Source: a virus
IMG/VR virus record: IMGVR_UViG_3300045988_123588
Reading direction: 5' to 3' (one strand)
DNA: 64,000 nucleotides
Positions 44,863 through 53,562 of this stretch are shown here, one piece after another. Every line of letters begins with the position of its first letter. The first letter of the stretch is position 1. The position numbers and the translations under genes are program-made. The notes under the pieces were generated by a model. The model was not told where the DNA came from. It worked only from the letters and a program-made list of their open reading frames with translations, and did no database searches.

Positions 44863-44894
44863 TTTGCAAAATTAAATTTAATTTCTTATATTTG
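44863..44894 (+). promoter_or_regulatory. Bacteroidota-type promoter (-33 TTTG, 20 nt, -7 TATATTTG)
   Basis: TTTGCA at 44863, TATATTTG at 44887-44894. Confidence 0.65.
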
Positions 44895-44916
44895 TATAAA
44901 GATAAAAATAAAGGTT

Positions 44917-45153
44917 ATGGACTTAATAATTAAAACCGAAACCCAGACTATAGCCATAGTTATTAAGGATAATCTGAGAGGATTTAGACTTAATCAAGCT
45001 GGTATAGTATTTCACTTATCTGATGAAGACCTTCAGAATATATCAGAAGTGTTAGAAATACACAAACAAGAAGTAGAGTTCTTGATATCTTTGAGAGAAA
45101 GACATCTGACAATACTTCACAGACCAGGACAGGAAATCCAATTCAATCTATAA
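44917..45153 (+). CDS. hypothetical protein
   Basis: 78-aa ORF. Confidence 0.5.
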   Translation: MDLIIKTETQTIAIVIKDNLRGFRLNQAGIVFHLSDEDLQNISEVLEIHKQEVEFLISLRERHLTILHRPGQEIQFNL

Positions 45154-45167
45154 CACAAATACCTACT

Positions 45168-45680
45168 ATGAAAGAAGTTTTAACTGCAACTAAAGTGGTA
45201 ACCAGAATCAATCAGCTTATCAATGAAGGTAAGAAGATTAAAGTATTCGGATTACCTTATCCCCCTTATAAGGAAGATATTGTTTTCACGGATGAAAAAG
45301 TAAATCGTCAGGGCTGGTTATGTACTAACAGTAAAGTAACTCTATCGGCACAAGCCTGTGCAACTAAGGTAAAGATACATACCATCACTGGTTGGTGCAA
45401 TCTATTCCAGTACGTAGAGAATGGTAAATATGTAGATACCATATCTGAAGATGGACAGTATATCGGTATGCAAGCTATGGATGATATCTGTCCCGGAATG
45501 CTACTGGGGGTAGCCCATGACGATACTCATACAAATCTCGGCATGATTCTCAATGTAGAGGATGACGAGACAAATAATGTGAGGGCTATAACTATAGCCG
45601 GGCCAGACTTTATGGAGAAGACTCATTATCTTCCCATGAACGAAGCTACTAATTACTTCGTATTCGACAAAATCATGTAA
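45168..45680 (+). CDS. hypothetical protein
   Basis: 170-aa ORF. Confidence 0.55.
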   Translation: MKEVLTATKVVTRINQLINEGKKIKVFGLPYPPYKEDIVFTDEKVNRQGWLCTNSKVTLSAQACATKVKIHTITGWCNLFQYVENGKYVDTISEDGQYIGMQAMDDICPGMLLGVAHDDTHTNLGMILNVEDDETNNVRAITIAGPDFMEKTHYLPMNEATNYFVFDKIM

Positions 45681-45697
45681 CGTTAACCTTTATAACT

Positions 45698-46048
45698 ATG
45701 CACATTAATCAGAAAATAGACCTTTTAATAAGGGCAAGCAGACTTTACTGCCACGGTATGTACCAAAAGTACGACCCTAAGTATCACCCAGCTATCAAAG
45801 GTGTAGTACTCAACTTTACTAATAAGTTGTTCGGTACAAAACCCGTAGAGAACAAAGTAAAGATAGATATCCGAAGCCTCTTCGAGGATGAAATCGAAAA
45901 TAGACCGGGGTGGAAAGTATATTCTGGTATACGTATCTACATAGAGTTTCCTGATAATTCGGCCCTGGAATACGAGCTGTTCAAACATCCACTTATACCC
46001 GAAGGAGATATCTGCTACAAACCTGTACCTATACCAGCTAAGGCCTAA
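45698..46048 (+). CDS. hypothetical protein
   Basis: 116-aa ORF. Confidence 0.5.
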   Translation: MHINQKIDLLIRASRLYCHGMYQKYDPKYHPAIKGVVLNFTNKLFGTKPVENKVKIDIRSLFEDEIENRPGWKVYSGIRIYIEFPDNSALEYELFKHPLIPEGDICYKPVPIPAKA

Positions 46049-46064
46049 TAAATAAAGGACCATT

Positions 46065-46092
46065 AAGACCTCTTTTCTAGAGGTCTTTTCTG
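46065..46092 (+). terminator. rho-independent terminator
   Basis: AAGACCTCT...AGAGGTCTT followed by TTCTGTG. Confidence 0.65.
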
Positions 46093-46170
46093 TGTTACTA
46101 AACTAACTTTGCCTTTATAGGAATTAAAATCTCTAGAATCTCTGCTTACTCCCCGATGCCGAGAAGTTTT

Positions 46171-46202
46171 ATTTGCATATTAAAAATATTATTCTTATAT
46201 TT
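46171..46202 (+). promoter_or_regulatory. Bacteroidota-type promoter (-33 TTTG, 20 nt, -7 TATATTTG)
   Basis: TTTGCA at 46171, TATATTTG at 46195-46202. Confidence 0.65.
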
Positions 46203-46228
46203 GTATAAAGAAATAAAATTAATGCAAT

Positions 46229-46567
46229 ATGAAAAACCAGGATTATAGAAAATTAGGAGAAGAGGCCATAAACGGGAAGTTTGCTGAATTGGAAAACAAC
46301 CTGTGGGAAGAAGGATGGGCAGATAATCCCATGTCATATAGGCCGTTAGAACATGAGATTTACATAGAGATTATGTTAAGAGCCATGGGAACAATATCCA
46401 TTATGTATAAAGATTACGATGACTTCTGGGCAAAGAATCCAACTGAAGAAGAAGCTTATAAGGTAGCACAGCCTATATTTAATAAATGGGCTAACCAACT
46501 TTATCCCGAAGTAAAATTGATAAACGGTCTTAATCAAGAACTAAACTATGGAAAAGAAGCTAATTAA
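46229..46567 (+). CDS. hypothetical protein
   Basis: 112-aa ORF. Confidence 0.5.
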   Translation: MKNQDYRKLGEEAINGKFAELENNLWEEGWADNPMSYRPLEHEIYIEIMLRAMGTISIMYKDYDDFWAKNPTEEEAYKVAQPIFNKWANQLYPEVKLINGLNQELNYGKEAN

Positions 46568-46751
46568 GGACCTGAAAAGGGGGGAGTACTTTATCCTTAA
46601 TCCAGTAGAAGAACCTCAGGAATACCAGGTATGGGTCAGAGGAGAATACATACCTCAAGCCAAAGCTTACAGTACTCATAAATGGTCTGATACCAATCAT
46701 GAAGTACTAAGAAAAGGTAATAAGGAAGTCTACATAGGTTTCACCTTTTAA
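46548..46751 (+). CDS. hypothetical protein
   Basis: 67-aa ORF. Confidence 0.45.
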   Translation: MEKKLIKDLKRGEYFILNPVEEPQEYQVWVRGEYIPQAKAYSTHKWSDTNHEVLRKGNKEVYIGFTF

Positions 46752-46763
46752 CACTTATAGATT

Positions 46764-46994
46764 ATGGCACAGAAAAGATACAAATTACTCATTTGGTTCT
46801 ACCTGAAGAATCATACTTATCATAAGACCATACATGCAGCTCATGATATGGAGGTAGAACTTACCAGAAAGGTAGAAGTAGCCAAATGGGTAGATGAAAA
46901 TGATGAGAGTATTGCTAAAGCATATCTCATCGACCGAGTAAAAGATACCCGAGAAACAGTAATTAAAAGAACCATAGAAATGACCATATACTAA
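46764..46994 (+). CDS. hypothetical protein
   Basis: 76-aa ORF. Confidence 0.45.
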   Translation: MAQKRYKLLIWFYLKNHTYHKTIHAAHDMEVELTRKVEVAKWVDENDESIAKAYLIDRVKDTRETVIKRTIEMTIY

Positions 46995-47006
46995 AAACTA
47001 AGAATT

Positions 47007-47231
47007 ATGACTTACACTGTAGAAGATTTGATTGGAGCATTGGAAGAAATGGACCCTCAGGCACCAGTAATGGTAGCAGTTCAGCCAACTTGGCCATTTG
47101 AACATACCATTACCGGAATAGTAAGTGACTGCAATGGGATTGTATACCTTGCATCCCAACAGCGTGGATATTTACCCCAAGATGCCAAAGATGCTTTTGA
47201 GAATGCCGGTATATCATTCTCAGACCGATGA
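47007..47231 (+). CDS. hypothetical protein
   Basis: 74-aa ORF. Confidence 0.45.
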   Translation: MTYTVEDLIGALEEMDPQAPVMVAVQPTWPFEHTITGIVSDCNGIVYLASQQRGYLPQDAKDAFENAGISFSDR

Positions 47232-47237
47232 TTTTAA

Positions 47238-47269
47238 TTTGCAAATATGGATTTAATATATTATATTTG
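47238..47269 (+). promoter_or_regulatory. Bacteroidota-type promoter (-33 TTTG, 20 nt, -7 TATATTTG)
   Basis: TTTGCA at 47238, TATATTTG at 47262-47269. Confidence 0.65.
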
Positions 47270-47296
47270 CAATAAGAAAAGATAAAACCTATAATT

Positions 47297-47665
47297 ATGG
47301 AAGATTATAAAAAGGTTATGCTCTCAGGTCTCAAGGAATCATTTAACTTGGGAAAGATTTATGAAGAGGAAGTAGATTGCATCAAGGAAGCAATCGAAGA
47401 CACATATGCTGAAATGATAGAAGAATTAGATTCCAGACTGGGATTGGAACTCTACGATTATAAAGTAGAGATTAAATATGACCAGGACCGGATTCCTCAG
47501 TCATATAAGCATACTCTTCTGGTCAAGTTCAATGAGTCAGAAGGAGCAATCAAAATGAATTTCCGAGGAGTATTAACACAACTGAAGGAAATTCTCTCTA
47601 CCGGAGATGATGAAGTACTGGTAGGGAGCTGCAATCTGGGTTTGGTAATAACCATTAAAGCATGA
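47297..47665 (+). CDS. hypothetical protein
   Basis: 122-aa ORF. Confidence 0.5.
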   Translation: MEDYKKVMLSGLKESFNLGKIYEEEVDCIKEAIEDTYAEMIEELDSRLGLELYDYKVEIKYDQDRIPQSYKHTLLVKFNESEGAIKMNFRGVLTQLKEILSTGDDEVLVGSCNLGLVITIKA

Positions 47666-47850
47666 GTTCAATCAACAAAATATGTAGAGAATACAACTGG
47701 GTATGTAAGCATATCAAAGGGCCTCTCTACAGGATAAAGATGCAGGAGTTATACATTGAAGTCAACAAAGCAATGAAGGACCCAAATTTAACTCCTGAAC
47801 AGAGATTAAAATTAATCGGTATTAGAGATACCTTAAAATTAAAGCTATGA
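47662..47850 (+). CDS. hypothetical protein
   Basis: 62-aa ORF, ATGA overlap. Confidence 0.45.
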   Translation: MSSINKICREYNWVCKHIKGPLYRIKMQELYIEVNKAMKDPNLTPEQRLKLIGIRDTLKLKL

Positions 47851-48098
47851 AGATGTTTGAATTAATTCCGTACATACTGGAGTTAGACCCAGAAGCGGAA
47901 GTAATGTTAATAGAAGACTTAGAACCCGGTAGTAATGGATTACCCAAGATGTCTAAGGTACTCCCAACCATGATGGTAAATATCAATACTGGGGAGAAGG
48001 TACTCACTCTCATTAGAGAGAATCACATGAAGGAGTTTGAGTTAAAAGCTAAACTCATGTCAGCTCACAATATTCAACTAAAAGATAAAATCTCATGA
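47847..48098 (+). CDS. hypothetical protein
   Basis: 83-aa ORF, ATGA overlap. Confidence 0.45.
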   Translation: MKMFELIPYILELDPEAEVMLIEDLEPGSNGLPKMSKVLPTMMVNINTGEKVLTLIRENHMKEFELKAKLMSAHNIQLKDKIS

Positions 48099-48382
48099 AA
48101 AACCAAGAAGAAAGTGCTCTGACAAAATTCATACTGGTAGTTATTGCCATTACACTGATTATAGTCATGGTAGCAGTGATCAAAGATAAAAATCAGGTAA
48201 AGGAGCCACCTGCTAAACCCTGGATAAATCCCGATGGAAGCTTACCTTATGAAACAGTTAAGGCTTTAGCTCCAGACTATATCGACAGTCTCAAAAGGGC
48301 TGGAGAGATTGAAAGGTGGTTAAAAGAGCACCCTCAACAAAATCTCAACATTCGCATCACTATCGAAGATGAACACTGGTAA
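48095..48382 (+). CDS. hypothetical membrane protein
   Basis: 95 aa, TM FILVVIAITLIIVMVAVI. Confidence 0.5.
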   Translation: MKNQEESALTKFILVVIAITLIIVMVAVIKDKNQVKEPPAKPWINPDGSLPYETVKALAPDYIDSLKRAGEIERWLKEHPQQNLNIRITIEDEHW

Positions 48383-48398
48383 AGGCCTTCAATATTTA

Positions 48399-48430
48399 TT
48401 TGCATAATTGCAAAATTTTTGCTATATTTG
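48399..48430 (+). promoter_or_regulatory. Bacteroidota-type promoter (-33 TTTG, 20 nt, -7 TATATTTG)
   Basis: TTTGCA at 48399, TATATTTG at 48423-48430. Confidence 0.65.
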
Positions 48431-48472
48431 TATAAAGAAATAAGATAATAAACCAATAAATAAATTAAGGCC

Positions 48473-48826
48473 ATGAAAAAACAACCAGACATCTACTTAT
48501 ACCTCCTTAAGAAAGTTCACGGGTGGTGCAAAAGACAAGGCATGACAGATCCGGAGATGTATTTCCATTGCACATTCCGAGATTTCCTCCGGAGATATAA
48601 TATGCTCCTCACTAAGATTGAAACCAGAAACAATCAAACCGGAGGTTATCATACCTTTACCTTCACACCAGCTCCTGGATGTAAAATATTCGGAGGTACA
48701 AACGAGGATTTGGAATCATTATTCAGCTTCTATACTCCTCTTCTGGATTATTTCCAATACGAGGATATAACAGTAATCCGCAATCACGGAGGTATCATCT
48801 CTATCCGCTGCTACTTCCCTATCTAG
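48473..48826 (+). CDS. hypothetical protein
   Basis: 117-aa ORF. Confidence 0.5.
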   Translation: MKKQPDIYLYLLKKVHGWCKRQGMTDPEMYFHCTFRDFLRRYNMLLTKIETRNNQTGGYHTFTFTPAPGCKIFGGTNEDLESLFSFYTPLLDYFQYEDITVIRNHGGIISIRCYFPI

Positions 48827-48846
48827 TAACTCAAAGATAACTGGAT

Positions 48847-48948
48847 ATGAAAACACTTAGGTTATTATTGCAAGCATTACTGGAATGGGTCATCCTGGTA
48901 GCTGTAATACTGATAGTCTCTTGGGTAATCATCCAAATAAAATATTAA
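48847..48948 (+). CDS. possible 33-aa membrane peptide
   Basis: Hand-translated MKTLRLLLQALLEWVILVAVILIVSWVIIQIKY. Confidence 0.25.
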   Translation: MKTLRLLLQALLEWVILVAVILIVSWVIIQIKY

Positions 48949-48950
48949 TC

Positions 48951-49262
48951 ATGGAAAATCAGGACTCTAAAATAACTGATACACTGCCTTTCAAAAAAGA
49001 GGAGTATGTCAAGGATGTAGAGGAATACATGAAATCTCCCACAGAAGACTTATTCTACAAATTGCGTAAATATCGCAAACAATGTATAGAATATCTCAAG
49101 AAACATCCGGATGATTTTGACATGCAGGTAAACCTGATAGACTTAAACTACTTGGGCATATCCAAAAGCAAACCGCCAGTCCAAAAAGTCCAAGAGACAA
49201 AACCTCAAAACATGCAAGATGTCATAGAGGACTACTGGGCAGAGGACGATTATTACTTATAA
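48951..49262 (+). CDS. hypothetical protein
   Basis: Start moved to MENQDSK. Confidence 0.45.
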   Translation: MENQDSKITDTLPFKKEEYVKDVEEYMKSPTEDLFYKLRKYRKQCIEYLKKHPDDFDMQVNLIDLNYLGISKSKPPVQKVQETKPQNMQDVIEDYWAEDDYYL

Positions 49263-49274
49263 TTCACCCATGCT

Positions 49275-49496
49275 ATGAAATGCACTGAATCCAGAGAGTT
49301 AAGAGATCTTTCAATGAATCAACTCAATGCTAAGTTATCTGAACTCTACAAGGAACTACCATCAGGAAAATGGGTATTCCAAAGAAAATACAGACAACAT
49401 ATCCTCAATCTCATCAACCAAATAAAACACGAACAAACCCTAAGAAGAAAAGGATTAAGGACACAAGGAGTATGGATAGAAATACCAAAACAATAA
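49275..49496 (+). CDS. hypothetical protein
   Basis: 73-aa ORF. Confidence 0.45.
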   Translation: MKCTESRELRDLSMNQLNAKLSELYKELPSGKWVFQRKYRQHILNLINQIKHEQTLRRKGLRTQGVWIEIPKQ

Positions 49497-49500
49497 AGCC

Positions 49501-49713
49501 ATGAAAGACATTTTAGTATCTTACACTCGGGAAGAGAAAGATGAAGCCACAGGAAACTACATCACAGTAAATCACAAAGGATATATTCAACACTGGGACT
49601 GTAGCCCAACCTACACAATGGCCATCATCCTCAATACAGAAGGAAAGTTCCACTTAGTCCACGTAGATAAAATCTGGGTAGAAAAAGAAGACATGCTCCA
49701 AAACAAAGAATAA
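49501..49713 (+). CDS. hypothetical protein
   Basis: 70-aa ORF. Confidence 0.45.
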   Translation: MKDILVSYTREEKDEATGNYITVNHKGYIQHWDCSPTYTMAIILNTEGKFHLVHVDKIWVEKEDMLQNKE

Positions 49714-49715
49714 CC

Positions 49716-49877
49716 ATGAATCAGGAAGACATCAAAGCCTTAACACCAATAGAAAAGGTACAAACCTTAATAGCCTTAATAGATACTCCGATAGGCAGGA
49801 GAAAATATCCCAAGGACCTAATACTCTTGGCTCAATCCTTAAAGGAAGACTTCCCCTACAACCCCGCCCAAACATGA
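49716..49877 (+). CDS. possible small protein (53 aa)
   Basis: Hand-translated MNQEDIKALTPIEKVQTLIALIDTPIGRRKYPKDLILLAQSLKEDFPYNPAQT, starting 2 nt after the previous stop. Confidence 0.3.
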   Translation: MNQEDIKALTPIEKVQTLIALIDTPIGRRKYPKDLILLAQSLKEDFPYNPAQT

Positions 49878-49910
49878 AAAACAAACCGAATAAATACTCT
49901 AGGAGAATAA

Positions 49911-49920
49911 GGTACCTAAT
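49911..49920 (+). repeat. GGTACCTAAT 10-mer (also at 50484-50493, 51467-51476, 20865-20874)
   Basis: Four identical copies read directly. Seven GGTACC sites lie within 49.9-51.5 kb. Confidence 0.85.
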
Positions 49921-49994
49921 CAAAATCTGTATCAACATATACAGGTTCAACCCCAAACAAGGATAAATCCAAATATCCATATACACAATCCTTA

Positions 49995-50006
49995 ATATAT
50001 AATATA
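49995..50006 (+). repeat. ATATATAATATA 12-mer (also at 50353-50364, 50702-50713)
   Basis: Three identical AT-only 12-mers in the low-coding region. Confidence 0.8.
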
Positions 50007-50056
50007 CATACCTATATATCATTCATTAAGGGAATATATAATCATCAATCATATAT

Positions 50057-50113
50057 GGCTTTTAGGATTGGCTTTTATCTTAGAGGCCTTTTATTTATGT
50101 GTTAGGTTAGGGC
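50057..50113 (+). repeat. degenerate 40-55 bp unit GCTTTTAG..AGGCCTTTTAT(A/T)T..TTA(A)GG, copy 1 (copies 2 and 3 at 51205-51245 and 51251-51301)
   Basis: ggcttttaggattggcttttatcttagaggccttttatttatgtgttaggttaggg compared with cgcttttagtggcttggcttataggccttttatattatatgataaggtacc and cgcttttaggggcctttttatattggtatatggttaaggccc. Confidence 0.6.
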
Positions 50114-50696
50114 AAAAGTTAACAGGCAGTCGATGATAAGGTTCAGATATCCAAAGAATCGAAGGGCCATAAAATCGGGGTGAGGAAAAATTTTGGTTAA
50201 GGCAAGGATAGGGGCCAACTGTGTACCTTATGAGCTCTGGAGCTATCTATGTTACTATACGTATTAGCTAAGTCGACTTAGGGCCCTAAGACCAGGGGGA
50301 AGGCCCTAAAAGGCACCTTAAAGGTACCCAAACCCCTACCTTAATCAAGTCTATATATAATATATTAAGTATATCAGGATTGAGGTTAAGGTCCCTAGCT
50401 AAGGCCTTTTCGATAAAGAGACATTAGGCCCTCTGACTCTTGATATCTACAGCTTGACTCTCTATTCAGATTGGTACACTGATGGTACCTAATGAAGGCC
50501 TTAACCCTAAGCCTTAAAGAATACAGTCTATATATATATGCGAGTCTTTTAAGTGATTTTGGAACAGGTGTCTAAAATCGATATGCCAGGAATAGAGTAT
50601 TGGAGATTTGATTTCTCAAGTTAAGGCTTAGTTAAGGCACATTTAGGGTACCTTTTAAGACCATAAACTACCATAAAGGTAGGCCTTAAAGAATTA

Positions 50697-50728
50697 TTTG
50701 CATATATAATATATTATGATTATATTTG
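50697..50728 (+). promoter_or_regulatory. Bacteroidota-type promoter (-33 TTTG, 20 nt, -7 TATATTTG)
   Basis: TTTGCA at 50697, TATATTTG at 50721-50728. Confidence 0.65.
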
Positions 50729-50770
50729 TATAACGAAAAAGAAATAATAAACCCTAATACTAATAAGGCC

Positions 50771-50932
50771 ATGAAAAGAATCAGAAAGGTAATCCTAATA
50801 TCCCTACTCTTAATAATGGGATTCACTATTGGAGCTTTGGTCACAATATATACTCAAGAGGTATATAACCATCCTAATGTAAAAGAAGCCTTTGAGGTCA
50901 AGGCCTTTGGTCAATACTTTATATACGAATAA
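50771..50932 (+). CDS. small membrane protein (53 aa)
   Basis: Start moved to MKRIRKVILISLLLIMGFTIGALVTIY (ATG after TAAGGCC). Confidence 0.45.
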   Translation: MKRIRKVILISLLLIMGFTIGALVTIYTQEVYNHPNVKEAFEVKAFGQYFIYE

Positions 50933-50951
50933 CTATTAAAATCCTAAAGCC

Positions 50952-51176
50952 ATGCTTAATTCTAAAGACTTTACCACTGCCCTGGAAATTATCTCCAAAC
51001 ATCATTCAACCGAATTGGCAATCAATACTCCTAACAATAACTTTGTAGGGTATATGGGCCAGACTGAATTCAGGTTGCATATTAAGAAATGCGTGCCCTC
51101 TGTAATCAATAAACTGATTCAGGCAGGGTATACCCTTAATATGGGACCTGAAGGTTTGGAGGTTGATAAGATTTAA
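50952..51176 (+). CDS. hypothetical protein
   Basis: 74-aa ORF. Confidence 0.45.
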   Translation: MLNSKDFTTALEIISKHHSTELAINTPNNNFVGYMGQTEFRLHIKKCVPSVINKLIQAGYTLNMGPEGLEVDKI

Positions 51177-51755
51177 CCTTCATTTGCTTTCAAGGTTGGG
51201 CCTCGCTTTTAGGGGCCTTTTTATATTGGTATATGGTTAAGGCCCTATATCGCTTTTAGTGGCTTGGCTTATAGGCCTTTTATATTATATGATAAGGTAC
51301 CTTTATGGTACCTACCCAAGGCCTATTCTTTTATTATATTATATGGGAATGAATGCAATATAGGTATATCATAATGCAAGCAGGGGCATATCATAGAAAC
51401 TTAAGACTTACGGAATATAAGTTTACTTGTTTATAAAACTAAGAACTTCTAGATTATGAAAGGCAAGGTACCTAATCCATAAGCCAACCCTGGGAACTTC
51501 AGGCTGAAAAGAAAGGCAGTGTATGGTAGGAGCTAAGGCCATAATTCATTTCGGACATATAAGACCTAACCCAGGAGCTAAGACCAATTTAAGAACCGAA
51601 CATTAAGACCTTCTATTAGAACCTTCTTTCTGGTGCCCTGATGGTGCCAAGAAGGCCAAGAAAGCAATTCCCATGCCAAGAATGTCCCGGAATAGCTCCC
51701 AGAAAGTTTTATGAAAATAAATGCTCCCGAGGCCACCAATTATAAATATTTGTTG

Positions 51756-51763
51756 TATATTTG
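51756..51763 (+). promoter_or_regulatory. -7 box TATATTTG without a well-spaced -33
   Basis: TATATTTG 52 nt upstream of the ATG at 51816. Confidence 0.4.
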
Positions 51764-51815
51764 TAATACAGAAAAGAACTAATAAAAGTTAAACCAATTA
51801 AAAATTTTTACTATT

Positions 51816-52157
51816 ATGAAAGCAAATGAAATTTTAGCAATCGGCAACGAAATTTTTTCAACCAACGAAAGAAAGAGCATCTACAAAAAAGAAATTTTTG
51901 CGGAGTGCAAAACCGACAAAGAAAAGAAAAATTTGCGTATGAAATTACGCAAAAAGCTGGACAACTTTATTGCCGAAAGCATTGCATCGGCAAAGCAACC
52001 TGCCAAGTTGGCTGAACTCCGCAAGGCATGGCAAACCTATGCCACTCAGGTATATATTAACTCTACTGCTATAGTGGATGCCAATGCCAACACGGAAAAA
52101 CGGAAATCCATCACCGACTTCCTTGCACTTATGCAACCGGCAAAGGGGGGTAAATAA
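51816..52157 (+). CDS. Lys-rich helical protein
   Basis: 113 aa, GC-richer codons, KEKKNLRMKLRKKL motif shared with other Lys-rich genes. Confidence 0.6.
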   Translation: MKANEILAIGNEIFSTNERKSIYKKEIFAECKTDKEKKNLRMKLRKKLDNFIAESIASAKQPAKLAELRKAWQTYATQVYINSTAIVDANANTEKRKSITDFLALMQPAKGGK

Positions 52158-52180
52158 AACCCCCACCGGGGTGATACCAA

Positions 52181-52212
52181 AGGGGACAAACCAAAATTTG
52201 TCCCCTATTTTT
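52181..52212 (+). terminator. strong rho-independent terminator
   Basis: GGGGACAAA...TTTGTCCCC followed by TATTTTT. Confidence 0.75.
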
Positions 52213-52233
52213 AATAAAATTTATTTTTGCGAT

Positions 52234-52256
52234 AGGGACACCGTGGTCCCTTTTTA
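52234..52256 (+). terminator. second tandem terminator
   Basis: AGGGAC...GTCCCT followed by TTTT. Confidence 0.5.
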
Positions 52257-52406
52257 CTGCAAGGACTTTTTGGGCTCCTCGCATTAAGCTCCTCCTGAAA
52301 GGTACATGCCACATGGGTACATAACCCCATCCCCCTCTCCATACACAAAATGAAGAACCCATCTAAAGGCTCTTCATAAAATTTTTCCAGGATATTTTTA
52401 GGGCTC

Positions 52407-52808
52407 CTATTGTAAGGCCTCTGCCTTAACCCTATATATCCCTATCAGTTTATCAAATGCTTTAATCCTTGATTCTATATCAAGCCTATCCCACCAATAT
52501 ATTTCCCGAATAGAAAGGTTATCATTAAGACCTTTATAGGCTTCAGTATTCTTGTCACCACCCAGGAAATCAAAGTTAAACTCAGGTATCAGGATAGTCA
52601 ACCAATCTGGACTATACATTACCTCTCCCTCATAGGTACATAAATCATGGCCCATCTCTCTCAGTATGAGGACTAAGTTATCCATCAGATCCCTATGTCT
52701 ATATACAGCTTTCTTAAAGGCATTGCACATACCTTTACCATATTTCCAACATTCCTTGGCATACTTTATCCAAGCCAAGATAACCTTATCCTTATCTACT
52801 TGTTCCAT
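52407..52808 (-). CDS. hypothetical protein
   Basis: 133-aa ORF, last gene of the minus-strand block. Confidence 0.5.
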   Translation of the reverse strand: MEQVDKDKVILAWIKYAKECWKYGKGMCNAFKKAVYRHRDLMDNLVLILREMGHDLCTYEGEVMYSPDWLTILIPEFNFDFLGGDKNTEAYKGLNDNLSIREIYWWDRLDIESRIKAFDKLIGIYRVKAEALQ

Positions 52809-52811
52809 AGG

Positions 52812-53000
52812 TTATAATAAAATGAGGATTGTAAGAAAGCAAACCAGAATGCAAAATATTCCAAATATAAATAACTCACCTAATATTTGAAGATATTTTC
52901 TAGAAGTATTGCCTAAGATTGAAAGGATAAGCCCTATTATTCCTATTAAGAAAGTAATTCCTATGGTTATCCAAAGGCATATAAATAAATTATGAATCAT
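52812..53000 (-). CDS. small membrane protein
   Basis: 62 aa, two hydrophobic helices. Confidence 0.45.
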   Translation of the reverse strand: MIHNLFICLWITIGITFLIGIIGLILSILGNTSRKYLQILGELFIFGIFCILVCFLTILILL

Positions 53001-53050
53001 AAGCTTTAGTTTTAAGGATATAGACTTGGGATAATCGTTTCGGTATCAAG

Positions 53051-53091
53051 CTATACACACAATAAGAGGGACCCAATCAAAGAGTCCCTCT
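53051..53091 (-). terminator. terminator of cassette P1
   Basis: Minus strand: AGAGGGAC...GTCCCTCT followed by TATTGTGTGT. Confidence 0.55.
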
Positions 53092-53099
53092 ACTAAATA

Positions 53100-53507
53100 C
53101 TAAATATCTGCCAGGTTGATAACAGGATTCATACTCATACTCAGGTTAACGGTATCAACCTGCTGAGCATAGTCATCTGTGGGCATAAATATACCACTTC
53201 TTTTAACGTATATATTCACTATTCTTAAGTCGAAGTTAATGTCAAAAGATGGGAACCCAATTATATGCACTCCCTCTGGGAAAGTCGGACTTTGGGAAGC
53301 CGTTAAATCCATGACCAGTTTAATACCATCTATTCTACCTTCTATTAAGTCAGTGATTATCTGTTTGAGTACACTGACTTCGGTAACAAATCCAATGTAG
53401 GCCCAGTTTGGGTTAGTAGACTTGTTGTTTTCAAGTTTGATTTCTGCGAATTTCATATCATCTTCGATTATAGGTACATTACCTTGGTGAAATAAAAATA
53501 AACTCAT
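53100..53507 (-). CDS. FH(S/Q)xNVP-family protein P1
   Basis: Start moved to MSLFLFHQGNVPIIEDDMKFAEIKL to match its paralogues. Confidence 0.6.
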   Translation of the reverse strand: MSLFLFHQGNVPIIEDDMKFAEIKLENNKSTNPNWAYIGFVTEVSVLKQIITDLIEGRIDGIKLVMDLTASQSPTFPEGVHIIGFPSFDINFDLRIVNIYVKRSGIFMPTDDYAQQVDTVNLSMSMNPVINLADI

Positions 53508-53523
53508 ATCGTATGGTTTATGG

Positions 53524-53556
53524 ATTAAAAGTATATCACTATGATATACTTTTAAT
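53524..53556. promoter_or_regulatory. perfect palindrome upstream of P1
   Basis: ATTAAAAGTATATCA-cta-TGATATACTTTTAAT, 16 nt from the start codon. Confidence 0.75.
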
Positions 53557-53562
53557 GACGTA

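Larger units (their letters stand above)
49878..51815. other. about 1.9 kb low-coding, motif-dense region interrupted only by two small genes
   Basis: No ORF of 60 aa or more on either strand in 50023-50725 or 51177-51815. Dense in TAAGGCC/AGGCCTT/GGTACC motifs and ATATATAATATA blocks. Confidence 0.8.

Noticed and set aside
49732-50022. 96-aa minus-strand ORF at the edge of the non-coding region
   Set aside because: The protein is odd and low-complexity (YILRIVYMDIWIY...). It overlaps the more plausible + strand 53-aa ORF and has no start context or promoter. It remains possible but unsupported.
49878-51815. CRISPR array or DGR template as an explanation for the repeat-rich non-coding region
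   Set aside because: The repeats are short, degenerate and irregularly spaced, with no repeat-spacer periodicity. No cas or reverse-transcriptase genes are present in the window.
52078-52362. ORFs 52078-52287 (+) and 52129-52362 (-) downstream of the 51816 gene
   Set aside because: They span two rho-independent terminators in a convergent intergenic region. The sequences are Pro/Gly-rich translations of hairpin DNA.
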